Of a DNA stretch of 64,000 bases, positions 9,673 through 20,061 are shown in pieces (the stretch's first letter is position 1; the number at the start of each line of letters is the position of its first letter). Below the pieces are notes generated by a model. It made no database searches. It was not told the origin of the DNA and saw only the letters and a program-made list of their open reading frames with translations. Location: positions 64,001-128,000 of IMG/VR virus record IMGVR_UViG_3300027763_000027. The stretch is one strand, 5' to 3'. Origin of the DNA: a virus. The translations under genes and the position numbers were made by a program.

Positions 9673-10733
9673 AGTCTTAAATCACCAAAATCATCATCAG
9701 AGATATCAGTTTTCCTTGCGCCAACTTTATAGCTGGATATCTCTGTTTCTTGTGGTGCGACTTGCACTTTACTACTATCTAAATAACTATCATGCCATCC
9801 AGCGATAGGGTTATCTTTTTGATTAAATATCTTCTTATAGCCCAAGCTCCTTAATCGACTATCGCAAAGCCACTTAGAGTAACCGTCTAGAACCTCAGCA
9901 TTTAATCCAAGTAAGCTCCCTTTACTAAAGAGATACTTAGACCATTCACTTTCGTTCTTTGCGGCTTGTTCATAAAAAGCATAAATCTTATCTTCATTTT
10001 TTTTTACAATAGATGTAAAACCTTCTTTATCTTCCTCACGAAGTATCTTTAACAAATTTTGAGAGGTGGCGAAATGCAATGCTTCATCTCTTTGAATGAA
10101 TTTAATAATTTTAGAATTGCCTTCCATCTTACCACGATATCCAAAATAAAAAGAACAAGCAAAAGAAACATAAAATACAAGACCTTCCATTACATTAATA
10201 GAAAGAATAGCGTCAAAAATCTTTTGTTTAGGATCTTTCTTTTCATCATCACCAAGAATTTTATCAAAGTTATTTCTAATTAATTCAGCGCGGCTTGTTA
10301 TTTCTTTATCCTCCATAATACTATCAAAAAATTTAGTTGCATCTGGATATACATTATTTAAAAGATAAGAGTAAGAATAACTATGAATGCCTTCAAATTG
10401 AGCCCAAGTATTCATGCAAATTTCAAGTTCTGGATTACTAACGTAATCTTTTAAGGAGTGAATACTCCTAGAGAGCATGCTATCACCAAGCGTTTGGAAT
10501 CTTAAATTACTATCAAATACAAATCTTTCTGTATCAGTTAAATTTTTATAATCACTTCTATCTTTTCCTAGTGCTATTTCGTGAGGCCACCAAAAATTTT
10601 CATTTTGCTTTTTAAACAATTCAAAAAATATTGGATATTTAAATCTATCATATCTTTGAAGGTTAAGGTCTTCGCCAAGAAACAATGGCTGTTTAGTGGT
10701 ATCTATGTTTTTAAAATTTAATACTGTTTTCAT
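9669..10733 (-). CDS. nrdB: Ribonucleotide reductase class Ia beta subunit
   Basis: FWWPHEI, EGIHSYSY (radical Tyr), MEGLVFYVSFA, RDEALH, VAPQETEISSY. Confidence 0.97.
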   Translation of the reverse strand: MKTVLNFKNIDTTKQPLFLGEDLNLQRYDRFKYPIFFELFKKQNENFWWPHEIALGKDRSDYKNLTDTERFVFDSNLRFQTLGDSMLSRSIHSLKDYVSNPELEICMNTWAQFEGIHSYSYSYLLNNVYPDATKFFDSIMEDKEITSRAELIRNNFDKILGDDEKKDPKQKIFDAILSINVMEGLVFYVSFACSFYFGYRGKMEGNSKIIKFIQRDEALHFATSQNLLKILREEDKEGFTSIVKKNEDKIYAFYEQAAKNESEWSKYLFSKGSLLGLNAEVLDGYSKWLCDSRLRSLGYKKIFNQKDNPIAGWHDSYLDSSKVQVAPQETEISSYKVGARKTDISDDDFGDLRL

Positions 10734-10736
10734 GGA

Positions 10737-12992
10737 CTATAGTTTACACGCTCCACTAGAACAATCTCTATCTTCTTTTTGATTTAATGATTGCTCTTTA
10801 TCTCCGTCATCTGTGTTATTGTAATACAAACTAATCAAACCTAAACTATAAGCATAAATCAATTCTTTCATAACTTTTGCGTCTGGAAGAATATTATTTT
10901 CATAATGACTATAATTGTAGTATACATTAGTTGATATAGCCATGTCAATATATTTTTGAATTACTGCATTAATTTTAAGTAATCCGCTATTATCTTTTAA
11001 ATCATATGCTAATTCATAATTTTCGTCATACTTTCCAATCCCTGGAACCATAACTGGAAGTTTACCCATTTTACTAGTTTTATATGTTATAAGGCTACGA
11101 ATAGGCTCTACTCCATTTGTTGAGCATTGAATTACAGAACTGCTTTCGCATGGCATACAAGAAGATAATGTAGAATGTCTTAATCCAAATTCTTTGATAT
11201 CTTTTCTTAGTTTCTCCCAATCAAGCGATAGTTTTCTTTTAACTAGCTCATCCACTTTATCTTTGTAAGTATCAATAGGAAGTATGCCTTTGGAGTATTT
11301 AGTTCTATCAAACTTCTCGCACTTGCCTTTTTCTTTAGCTATTTCAATACTACTTTTTAATAAATAATATTGAAAATGCTCCATCCATTCGTCAACAGCT
11401 AGTAATGATTTATCAGAACTATATTTTAATTCATTTTTAGCAAGAAAAGCTGCGAGATTAGTAATTCCAACACCAAGGCTTCTACGTTTTTTAGCAAAAT
11501 TTTCAGCAGCAACATTAAAGTAATCTTGAAGCTCAATGATTTCATCAAGAAATCTTACGATAAGATCGCAAGTCTTTTCAAGATCTTGCCAGTTTTTTAT
11601 TTCTAGCATATTTACTGCCGAAAGAATACACATTCCAATTTCCCCATCCTTGTCATTGTAATCATTCAATGGAATAGTTGGATGGATAACTTCAGTACAA
11701 AGATTACTCATAGTAACTTTATCTAACCAAGCTCCATGATTATTCGCGTGATCAACATTTAATATATAGATACGGCCAGTTTCAACTCTTTCTTTTATTA
11801 TAAGAGAGAACAATTTACGAGCAGATATTTTCTTTTTAATCTTTAATTTTTTAGATTCACACTCTTTATATACTTTATCAAAGTCTTTAGTTCCCCATGC
11901 TTCGTAAAGCTCTGGAACTTCTGAATTGTTAAATAGAGTGATATCTTCATCTTTTAATACTCTATCATAAAATAGCTTACTCATTCCAATTGTATAGTCA
12001 AGTTTACGAACTCTATTATCGTCTGTTCCAGCATTATTCTTCAACACTACGACATCTTCAATTTCATAATGCCACCATTGAATATTACAAGTTGCACTTC
12101 CACCTCTTAATCCATTTTGTTGCCATGCTTTTACGCTACTCTCATAAATTTTTAAGAATGGAATTAACCCAGTATGAACAACTTCTCCATTTTTGATAGG
12201 AGAACCAATTGCTCTTATTTTACTTACATCAATACCAATTCCACATCTATTAGCAGTAGCCATACTCACAGCCGTGGCACTAGCTGTAATACTTTCTCTA
12301 GTATCATCAACACCGATCAAACAACAACTAGCATAATTTCTGCTAGAAGTTCTAACTCCTGCCATAACTGGAGTTGGTAAATTGATCTTATGCTTACTTA
12401 CAGCATCATAAAATCTTCTTACATAATTAAGTCTTGTTTCAACTGGATATTTGGCAAACGCATAAGCTGCAATTAATACATAAGCGAATTGTGGAGTTTC
12501 ATAAATTTTTCCAGTAGTTCTATTTTTGATTAAATATTTATCACAAAGCTGTTTAATTCCAGCGTAAGTAAAGATGTAATCTCTTTCATGATCAATGAAT
12601 TCTCCAATCTTATTAATTTCATCCTCAGAATATGAATTGAAAATGCTATCATCATAAATCTTATTTTTAATACTTTCTTTTAAAAATTCTAATAACCTTG
12701 GAGCATGCTTACCTTTCCAAACATCTTTTCTTAATTGATAATTCAACAATCTTCCAGCTACAAATTGATAATTTGGTTTTTTAATAGAAATTAAATTCGC
12801 AGCACTTTCAATTAAAAGGTTATGTATCTCTTTTGAAGTAATACCTTCGTGGATATTTATTTTAGCATTGATTTCGATATCAGTAAGACTTACTTCACTT
12901 AAACCATTAACAGCCCATGCAATTACTTTATTTATCTTTTCTATGTTAAATTTTTCAAATGTTCCATTTCTTTTTTTGATTTTAATATTCAT
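10737..12992 (-). CDS. nrdA: Ribonucleotide reductase class Ia alpha subunit with ATP cone
   Basis: N-terminal IKKRNG ATP cone; PTPVMAG, SCC, SNLCTE, MPCESSS; C-terminal CSSGACKL. Confidence 0.98.
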   Translation of the reverse strand: MNIKIKKRNGTFEKFNIEKINKVIAWAVNGLSEVSLTDIEINAKINIHEGITSKEIHNLLIESAANLISIKKPNYQFVAGRLLNYQLRKDVWKGKHAPRLLEFLKESIKNKIYDDSIFNSYSEDEINKIGEFIDHERDYIFTYAGIKQLCDKYLIKNRTTGKIYETPQFAYVLIAAYAFAKYPVETRLNYVRRFYDAVSKHKINLPTPVMAGVRTSSRNYASCCLIGVDDTRESITASATAVSMATANRCGIGIDVSKIRAIGSPIKNGEVVHTGLIPFLKIYESSVKAWQQNGLRGGSATCNIQWWHYEIEDVVVLKNNAGTDDNRVRKLDYTIGMSKLFYDRVLKDEDITLFNNSEVPELYEAWGTKDFDKVYKECESKKLKIKKKISARKLFSLIIKERVETGRIYILNVDHANNHGAWLDKVTMSNLCTEVIHPTIPLNDYNDKDGEIGMCILSAVNMLEIKNWQDLEKTCDLIVRFLDEIIELQDYFNVAAENFAKKRRSLGVGITNLAAFLAKNELKYSSDKSLLAVDEWMEHFQYYLLKSSIEIAKEKGKCEKFDRTKYSKGILPIDTYKDKVDELVKRKLSLDWEKLRKDIKEFGLRHSTLSSCMPCESSSVIQCSTNGVEPIRSLITYKTSKMGKLPVMVPGIGKYDENYELAYDLKDNSGLLKINAVIQKYIDMAISTNVYYNYSHYENNILPDAKVMKELIYAYSLGLISLYYNNTDDGDKEQSLNQKEDRDCSSGACKL

Positions 12993-13070
12993 AGTTTACA
13001 AGAAGCTTGAATATTATATTACATCATATTTAAGTATATAGAAAGAAAAAACCAAGAAGTTGTAAACAAT

Positions 13071-13418
13071 TTAATCTAAGTGACTTTTTGGGTGTACTTT
13101 ACCTTTTCTTTTTTTAGACCAATCATCGAAATATTTTTTCTTAATGGGATCTTTGCCGTAAACTTTTTTTCTTTTTTCAGATAATTCTTGACTTCTCTCC
13201 CAAAGATCACCTACTGTACCTTTTTGATTTTTTGTTACTCTTGCGAAATCTTTTTCATTTGAATTTACAGACAATTTTTCTTGGGTATTGACTTGAGGAG
13301 ACGTAAAAACCCTATCCCATAAAATACCATCTTCATAATACTCATGCTTATCATGAATACTTTGGATTATTTCTTTTACCTGTTTAGTCTTAGGATTTTG
13401 ATAGATATATACTGGCAT
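13071..13418 (-). CDS. FmdB-like small protein lacking the zinc-ribbon cysteines
   Basis: MPVYIYQNP start resembles MPxYxYxC FmdB-family phage proteins. Confidence 0.5.
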   Translation of the reverse strand: MPVYIYQNPKTKQVKEIIQSIHDKHEYYEDGILWDRVFTSPQVNTQEKLSVNSNEKDFARVTKNQKGTVGDLWERSQELSEKRKKVYGKDPIKKKYFDDWSKKRKGKVHPKSHLD

Positions 13419-13427
13419 TATAATATA

Positions 13428-14510
13428 TTATAGCTCTTTTAATATATTATCACAAAACTTTTCAGAAGAAAAGTCGTCTTGTAGTTTTAAACCATTTTTA
13501 TTAACTTTATTTGATTCTACTTTTTGTATAGTTTTATCACAAGCATCAATGAATTCATTTTCATCAAAATCAAATATATTACCTTGATTGTACTGCTGAC
13601 CCTTATGAAAGAAAACTCCATCATAAGCTTCAATTTTACCATTAGACTTTACTAAAGTAGAATTATCTTTGTTAGCCCAACTTTTATATCCATGCTCATT
13701 CATTATTACTCCGTGTTTACCTAACGCAACAGAATGAAACTCTGGTAAACCCCATCCTTCTCCGCCACTCATTCCTAAAACTATATCTGCACTATTCAGT
13801 AAATCATTATATTCAGCATTTTTTTGAATAAAATTTAAAAATGATATATTAAAATAATTTTTACCTTCCAAAATAACATTTCTTATTAAATGCTCTTGAT
13901 CTTCTTGTTTCAGAAAAGGATTAAAAATAGAACATTGCAAATGATACCTACGATCATTGCCATATTTTTTAACCCATGATTGTATAACTTTTTTATGATT
14001 TTTTCTTTTTTCTAGTTTGCCCAAAAGATTAAAAACTATTCTATCAGAAAAATATTGCTTATCTAAAGTTTTAAAATTATATTTATCAAAGCATAAAGGC
14101 ACATATTTAACATTTTTGCATCCAGCTTTACTAAAAGTATCAACTGTGTATTGAGATGTAAATAAAACTTTATGATTATTGCTTACAATATTTAATTCAG
14201 CATTAGTAGGATTATCTAGTTCATAGAATGATAGTAGTATTTGTTTTTCTGACATACTTTCCATGGCACCATTGATGTGCCATAGTTTAAAAACGTTATT
14301 CTTCCTATTATGTTTTAAATAAAAAGAATTTATATTATTGCTTAAATAATCAATAAATCCCTGATCGAGGTCTTGTGTTGAAAGATCAACATTTTGACCT
14401 ATTGGACAAATTGGAATATTTATACTCTTAGAGTACAATTCTCTAAGAAGAATAGTCGAAATTTGACCAAACGATACAGGGTTTATTGGTAGATTTAAAC
14501 TAAAATCCAT
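13428..14510 (-). CDS. Glycosyltransferase (GT4/GT-B)
   Basis: GKLEKRKN and SGGEGWGLPEFHSVALG motifs. Confidence 0.85.
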   Translation of the reverse strand: MDFSLNLPINPVSFGQISTILLRELYSKSINIPICPIGQNVDLSTQDLDQGFIDYLSNNINSFYLKHNRKNNVFKLWHINGAMESMSEKQILLSFYELDNPTNAELNIVSNNHKVLFTSQYTVDTFSKAGCKNVKYVPLCFDKYNFKTLDKQYFSDRIVFNLLGKLEKRKNHKKVIQSWVKKYGNDRRYHLQCSIFNPFLKQEDQEHLIRNVILEGKNYFNISFLNFIQKNAEYNDLLNSADIVLGMSGGEGWGLPEFHSVALGKHGVIMNEHGYKSWANKDNSTLVKSNGKIEAYDGVFFHKGQQYNQGNIFDFDENEFIDACDKTIQKVESNKVNKNGLKLQDDFSSEKFCDNILKEL

Positions 14511-14833
14511 TATAGGATATCTTCGTCAGAATCTTCGACTACTTGCTTCTTAACTTCTTTAACAGGAGTTTTTGCTACTGCTTTAGGTTGTTGAATAGCT
14601 GATTCTGATTGAGTAGATCCTGAATCTAGAGGTTTAGAGACATAGATTCTATAATCTGGAGCGTTATCCTTAGACTTGTTATTATTAGCAAATACTACTA
14701 CTTTAATTTCTTTCTCTAGACCTAGATCATCAACCTTGACATATCCAGATAGAAATGACATACCAGATTTGCTTTTCTTTTTCCAAAGAGCACCGAGCTC
14801 TGTATTTTTATTTTGTGTTTTATTGTTTTCCAT
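14510..14833 (-). CDS. DUF736-like protein with acidic C-terminal tail (possible ssDNA binding)
   Basis: ELGALWKK...FLSG...NAPDYRIY; tail EDSDEDIL. Confidence 0.6.
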   Translation of the reverse strand: MENNKTQNKNTELGALWKKKSKSGMSFLSGYVKVDDLGLEKEIKVVVFANNNKSKDNAPDYRIYVSKPLDSGSTQSESAIQQPKAVAKTPVKEVKKQVVEDSDEDIL

Positions 14834-14836
14834 AAA

Positions 14837-15436
14837 CTATATAATATCATTATTTTGTAAACTTGTCAACTTATTTTTCAATAAAAGTTTACCTTTATCA
14901 TGTAAGTTGATTGCTGTTTGAGTGCTGATATTAAGAGTTTTACTTATTTTACTCCAAGAAGTTACTTTCTTACCATTAAAATATCTTAATTTAAATACTT
15001 TACATATTCTTTTGTCTTTTACTCTGTCTAAAATTGAAAATACTAAATCGGAGTTTTCTTTATTTATAATTAAATTATTTTCATATTTTATTTGATTATT
15101 TTCTATAATATGATTTATATTCTCGTTGTCCATGCTAATAGTATTGTTTTGTTTGTTTATACAGTTCAAGCAATAATATCTAGCTTGATTACCTAGCCAA
15201 GTCGAAAATTTTACATTCTTATCTGGATTAAAATTTAAAGCCGATTTATATATTACAAAAAGTTTATCATTAATAATATCATCTGGATTAGCCCCAAAAT
15301 CAATTAAATGTTTATAGTATTTTTTAACCATTTGATTAAAAATACCAGTATGACGATTCTCTAGTTCTTTTAATGCATCACTATTTGATTCTTTTTTTAC
15401 TTTATTTATTAGATCTATGTCTGGTATATAATTCAT
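14837..15436 (-). CDS. Phage sigma-70 family RNA polymerase sigma factor
   Basis: Region 2-like FNPDKNVKFSTWL; C-terminal HTH VFKLRYF...SWSKISKTLNISTQTAINLH. Confidence 0.8.
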   Translation of the reverse strand: MNYIPDIDLINKVKKESNSDALKELENRHTGIFNQMVKKYYKHLIDFGANPDDIINDKLFVIYKSALNFNPDKNVKFSTWLGNQARYYCLNCINKQNNTISMDNENINHIIENNQIKYENNLIINKENSDLVFSILDRVKDKRICKVFKLRYFNGKKVTSWSKISKTLNISTQTAINLHDKGKLLLKNKLTSLQNNDII

Positions 15437-15995
15437 ATATTTTTTCTAAATTTTTTTCCATTAGTTCGTATAAGAAGTTTGTATCTTGACAAGTTTCCCA
15501 GCAAACAGAAAAATCAGCAACAGCTTTTAACTTATTATCATTTGCTTTTTCTTCAATATTAGCTGGTGGCACAAGGTTACCATTATCTAGTTTTCTAGAT
15601 ATATGTATTAGAATACCATTATTATTTTTCAACCAAGAGTATTCATCTTCCTTATATTCTATATATCGAACATCTGTAATTATAGGTATAATATTTTGTT
15701 TATTAAAATTTTTAATTTTCATATCTAATAATGAAGTCCAGTATTTGCCTTCTGTTTGAGATCTTCTGCATTTACCATAAGAAACCATTAAAGGTCTAAT
15801 AACTTCTTTTTCTTCATTTGTACATTTTGTTAAATCAATCTTAAATTTTTCAATTGTAAATGGATTTAATTCTTTTTTAAGATCATCAGCAAAAGCAAGC
15901 CTATCAGCTTTTAAGCCTTTATTTTCAAAATATTTAGCAAGAATACTATAGAATGTATCCTTACCAGATCGAGCTACACCTGTGATGCCTATCAT
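15402..15995 (-). CDS. Deoxynucleoside monophosphate kinase
   Basis: IGITGVARSGKDT P-loop; AFADDLK; ITDVRY. Confidence 0.85.
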   Translation of the reverse strand: MIGITGVARSGKDTFYSILAKYFENKGLKADRLAFADDLKKELNPFTIEKFKIDLTKCTNEEKEVIRPLMVSYGKCRRSQTEGKYWTSLLDMKIKNFNKQNIIPIITDVRYIEYKEDEYSWLKNNNGILIHISRKLDNGNLVPPANIEEKANDNKLKAVADFSVCWETCQDTNFLYELMEKNLEKIYELYTRHRSNK

Positions 15996-16071
15996 AATTA
16001 CAAGTATACATGTTTATTAAAAAAAGTAAAGTTAAAATTGACTTAATTTAAAATTAATATATAATTTATAA

Positions 16072-16488
16072 ATGAAAAGAGTATCGTTTAAAGACATGGC
16101 AATCAATTTTGCCATCAATGCTTCTTTAAGGTCAGAAGATAAGTATAAAAAAGTAGGATGTGCGATTTTAAATAAAGAAGGAAGATTATTAAGTATAGGA
16201 TATAATGGGCTACTACCAAAACAAAAAATAAAAAATAACTTTTGGAATGATAGAGATTATAGGAGAAAATACATAATACATGCAGAAACTAACGCTTTAT
16301 CATGTATAACTCGATACGATAACCCTTATCTTTTAGCTTGTACTTTATTACCATGCTCTAATTGCGCTTCTAATATTGCATCTAATGGGATTAAAGAGGT
16401 CTTATATATAGATGAGTATGTTCCTGACCAAAATGCACACGATATATTTGATTTTTATAAAATAAAATTAACTAAATTTAATAAATGA
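16072..16488 (+). CDS. dCMP deaminase
   Basis: KVGCAI, IGYNG, HAETNA, PCSNC zinc motifs. Confidence 0.9.
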   Translation: MKRVSFKDMAINFAINASLRSEDKYKKVGCAILNKEGRLLSIGYNGLLPKQKIKNNFWNDRDYRRKYIIHAETNALSCITRYDNPYLLACTLLPCSNCASNIASNGIKEVLYIDEYVPDQNAHDIFDFYKIKLTKFNK

Positions 16489-16524
16489 TTGACACTAGTT
16501 TAAATATAATTTAATATAAGGATT

Positions 16525-17625
16525 ATGGAATTTAAACAAGGTTTAGGTTACGATGATATACAATTATTACCAAATTTTTCGGACATAACTTCAAGAAAAG
16601 AAATAGATACTACCACAAAAATATCAAGAAATTTTAAGATAAAACTTCCAATTATATTATCTCCTATGGATACAGTATCATCTGTAAAATCATGCATTAA
16701 AATGAATCAAATAGGTGCAGCAGGAGTTCTTCATAGATTCATGTCTCCACAAGATCAAAGAAGTAAATCAAAGATAATAAAAGATGAAAGTAATTTTTGT
16801 ATTACTGCAATAGGATTAAAAGATGCAGAAGAAAGAATTAGACTAACTTCTACATATACAGATATATATTTTCTTGATACAGCTAATGGTTTATGTAAAA
16901 ATGTCGAAGATTTTTTAAGATGGTTTAAAACTTCTAATTTTTCTCAAGATATTATAGTAGGAAACACCTTAACAAAAGAAAGCGTTTACAGATTAGCAAA
17001 TCTTAAAGCTGATGGATTCAGACACTTAATTGGGCCAGGAAGCATGTGCTTGACGCAAATGAAAACTGGCATAGGATGCCCAAGCGTCACTGGTAATTAT
17101 TACGCTTGGAAATCTGTTAGAAATTGGGAGTTATCACAAGTAGATTTATTCAAATACGATAAACCAGATCCATCTAATAGACCAAGCGTTTTAACGGATG
17201 GAGGGATAAGATATCCAAAAGATCTTGTAAAAGCTATTGCTAGTGGATGTGATGCCGTAATCTGTGGTAGGATTTTTGCAGGTCTTTTTGATGTTATAGA
17301 CGAAGAAAATATCATAGAAAAAGACGGAAAAACATACGCTAAATATAGAGGTATGGCAAGCAAAGATGTAGTAGAAGATTACGAATTATATGATGGAACA
17401 AAAAAGAACTTATTTGTAGAAGGAGATTCTACATTAATTGAACTTAATAAAGTTGACACAATTGAAAGTATAGTGTATGATTTTGTTAATGGACTTAGAA
17501 GCGCAATGAGTTACTTAGGATTTAGATCAATAGATGAAATGAGAGGTGGTCTTTGGACTAATAAAATACAAGCGATTCTAAACTCCGCAAACAATATATA
17601 TGAGGGATTTGCACATGGAAAATAA
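16525..17625 (+). CDS. IMPDH/GMP reductase family enzyme, probably GMP reductase
   Basis: SPMDTV, IGPGSMCLT (catalytic Cys), DGGIR, YRGMAS, VEG, LRSAMSYLG; no CBS domain; no Arg-Tyr flap dyad visible. Confidence 0.85.
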   Translation: MEFKQGLGYDDIQLLPNFSDITSRKEIDTTTKISRNFKIKLPIILSPMDTVSSVKSCIKMNQIGAAGVLHRFMSPQDQRSKSKIIKDESNFCITAIGLKDAEERIRLTSTYTDIYFLDTANGLCKNVEDFLRWFKTSNFSQDIIVGNTLTKESVYRLANLKADGFRHLIGPGSMCLTQMKTGIGCPSVTGNYYAWKSVRNWELSQVDLFKYDKPDPSNRPSVLTDGGIRYPKDLVKAIASGCDAVICGRIFAGLFDVIDEENIIEKDGKTYAKYRGMASKDVVEDYELYDGTKKNLFVEGDSTLIELNKVDTIESIVYDFVNGLRSAMSYLGFRSIDEMRGGLWTNKIQAILNSANNIYEGFAHGK

Positions 17626-18103
17626 TATGAACTATAAGATTATGAAATATACAATTTTTGCATTATTTGCTTTTTGGTTAATCAGCAGCAAATCAAACGC
17701 GCAAGTCGCATACGGAAAATATGATCAACAAACTACTTGCTATGAGAAAAGTCTTATAGACTCTCAAATTAAAGCCAATGAAAAAACTATAAATCTTTTA
17801 AAATACCAGCAAGGTAATAATTCATTATTTACATCTCAAGGTTCTATAATGAGGTCAAGAATTCAGGCTACGGTAAATGCTAAAGAGCAAGAAAACTTTA
17901 GATTAAATCAAAAAACATTTGCCCTAAGTGATTCTAAAGTTATAAACGATAAAGAAAGACTTAATTCATTCAGGAGACAATATCCACTTTATAAAATTAG
18001 CCCCAACGATGGAACATCTCGCGGATCATATAGAATTAGTAAAACTTTCAATGAATTTAATAGCGCTCAAGGACAAGCAGTATTTGCTCCAGAGTTAAAA
18101 TGA
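17600..18103 (+). CDS. Hypothetical exported protein
   Basis: Signal-peptide-like MKYTIFALFAFWLISSKSNA; true start probably downstream of 17600. Confidence 0.6.
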   Translation: MRDLHMENNMNYKIMKYTIFALFAFWLISSKSNAQVAYGKYDQQTTCYEKSLIDSQIKANEKTINLLKYQQGNNSLFTSQGSIMRSRIQATVNAKEQENFRLNQKTFALSDSKVINDKERLNSFRRQYPLYKISPNDGTSRGSYRISKTFNEFNSAQGQAVFAPELK

Positions 18104-18321
18104 ACGAAGAAAAATTTCAATTACCAAATACTCCATATGCTAGAGGTACGGATTTTAGTCCAGTAGTTAGAGTATTAGCAAAAATTTCTAGAAATGCTAT
18201 GTGTCCATTGTTAAATAAGAAATTTAAAAAATGTTGCGGAAGTACTGGTCAAAATTATTGTAATAAAGCTAAAGAAAATCTAGAAACATATCTCAATGAA
18301 TTAAAGAATAAAAATGATTAA
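18100..18321 (+). CDS. Small SEC-C-like motif protein
   Basis: KISRNAMCPLLNKKFKKCCG resembles RNxPCPCGSGKKYKKCC. Confidence 0.6.
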   Translation: MNEEKFQLPNTPYARGTDFSPVVRVLAKISRNAMCPLLNKKFKKCCGSTGQNYCNKAKENLETYLNELKNKND

Positions 18322-19306
18322 ACATGTAGATATTATATTCGGATTAGCTTGGGGAGACGAAGGCAAAGGCAAAATTAGTTTTAATTTAACCGAAGATTAT
18401 GATTATGTATGTAGATGGAATGGTGGGCCAAACGCTGGACATACAGTTTATATTAATGATAAGAAACTAAAAACACATATTATTCCATGTGGAATTTTCA
18501 AAAATAAAAAAAGCATCATTGGTCCTAATTGCGTTATCAACATAGATAAATTTTATGATGAAATTGAATATTTACAAAAAGAAGGTTTTGATACATCATT
18601 AATAAAAGTTAGCCCAAGAGCTCATATCATTACCGAAAAGCATATACAATATGATTTACAATATTTAAAACCTAAACTTGGAACTACTGGACAAGGTATA
18701 GCTCCAGCGTATTCGGATAAAATGCTCAGAGTAGGAAAACAAGCAGGAAACTACTTAGACAAAAAATACATTTGGGATGGCAAATTAGAAGGAAGAGTAT
18801 TATGTGAAGGTGCTCAAAGCTTTTGGTTAGATATTAATTATGGAGATTATCCTTATGTTACAAGTAGCGAAACTTTACCTTATTCAGCTTGCTCATTAGG
18901 TTTTAGTCCAAAGTTAATAAGAAGTATAATTGGTGTTGCTAAAATTTATGATACCAAAAGTGGAGTAGATCCATTATTTCCAGAATCTTTATTTGAAGAT
19001 CAAGATTTGAATAAAATAATAGAAGAAGGCCAAGAGTTCGGAACCACAACTGGAAGAAAGCGTTTAGTAAATTGGTTAAGATTAGATAAATTAACCGAAG
19101 CCACAATCATTTCTGGTTGCACAAAATTAATTATAAATAAATGTGATATTTTACAAAAACTAGACTTATATAAAGTTTATATTGATAAAGAGCTTTTATC
19201 TTTTAAGACTTTTGATGAATTACACCAAGTTGTATTAAATTATATATATGGGAAAAACAAGCACATTACTCAAATCTTATTTTCTGGAAATAAGAATTAT
19301 ATTTAA
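18314..19306 (+). CDS. purA: Adenylosuccinate synthetase (short form)
   Basis: WGDEGKGK, GGPNAGHT, GTTGQGIAPAY, EGAQ, YPYVTSS, EFGTTTGRKR, NKCD. Confidence 0.93.
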   Translation: MIKHVDIIFGLAWGDEGKGKISFNLTEDYDYVCRWNGGPNAGHTVYINDKKLKTHIIPCGIFKNKKSIIGPNCVINIDKFYDEIEYLQKEGFDTSLIKVSPRAHIITEKHIQYDLQYLKPKLGTTGQGIAPAYSDKMLRVGKQAGNYLDKKYIWDGKLEGRVLCEGAQSFWLDINYGDYPYVTSSETLPYSACSLGFSPKLIRSIIGVAKIYDTKSGVDPLFPESLFEDQDLNKIIEEGQEFGTTTGRKRLVNWLRLDKLTEATIISGCTKLIINKCDILQKLDLYKVYIDKELLSFKTFDELHQVVLNYIYGKNKHITQILFSGNKNYI

Positions 19307-19596
19307 AATTGAGAAGTTTTTTCTTTTAGAATGTGTCTAACAAAAAGATAGTTAATAAAAAATCCACAAAAAGCACTTAATATATTACTAATATAAGGTA
19401 AAGTAATTAAATCTAATGGATTCAAGAAAATACTTAATCCCAAAGATATCCAAAAGCTAGAGCATTCATGACATAATAATGGTTTTCTTATATATGGAAT
19501 TTTTGCGATAAAATTCCTAAAAGGTCTAGAAACTTCTGTATCCGACCACGCATAAGTCAAAGCTAAACTAGTGAATAAATATATTATAAATATCAT
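19303..19596 (-). CDS. Small membrane protein (DUF1360-like)
   Basis: Hydrophobic helices with LLCHECSSFW motif. Confidence 0.55.
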   Translation of the reverse strand: MIFIIYLFTSLALTYAWSDTEVSRPFRNFIAKIPYIRKPLLCHECSSFWISLGLSIFLNPLDLITLPYISNILSAFCGFFINYLFVRHILKEKTSQF

Positions 19597-20019
19597 TTAC
19601 AAGAAATAAACATCAACAGAATCACCCCTATCCACTATAGAAAAAGACCTAAACATTTTGCCAAAAGTTGTTTTCGTAAATTCTTCCCAGTAATTATCTT
19701 TTTTCATAAGAGTAAAAATTTTACCACTTAAGGTGTTGGTGATTGTTTCTTGATTTTGCTTGATTTGATTAGACGCATTATTAATAGTTTTTTCTTTGGA
19801 AAAAATTCCATCCAAGAAAACTCTTTCAGTATCTGTCTTATATTTTTGAGTTATGTAAGATACCACTCTTCCTCTACAAGAACAATTAGAATTAGATTTC
19901 GCGCTTACGAGATCGGCTAAAATATCGGGATATCTGTCTTTTAATAACGAAAAAGATGTATCGTCTTCTAAGGCAGCGAATATATAAGCATACAAAAGAT
20001 GTTCTGGGATTGTGTTCAT
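19597..20019 (-). CDS. Hypothetical protein
   Basis: 140-aa ORF with NCSCRG. Confidence 0.6.
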   Translation of the reverse strand: MNTIPEHLLYAYIFAALEDDTSFSLLKDRYPDILADLVSAKSNSNCSCRGRVVSYITQKYKTDTERVFLDGIFSKEKTINNASNQIKQNQETITNTLSGKIFTLMKKDNYWEEFTKTTFGKMFRSFSIVDRGDSVDVYFL

Positions 20020-20061
20020 AATAATAATTATATATTTATAATATTATAAATTCTAATTTTT

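Noticed and set aside
9669-12992. Introns or inteins in nrdA/nrdB
   Set aside because: Both genes are uninterrupted and of normal length.
18314-19306. PurZ (2-aminoadenine, Z-genome pathway), given a PurA-like gene plus a MazG-like gene
   Set aside because: The motif is GDEGKG with the catalytic Asp of PurA, not the Ser (GSTGKG) of PurZ; no dATPase recognised in the window.
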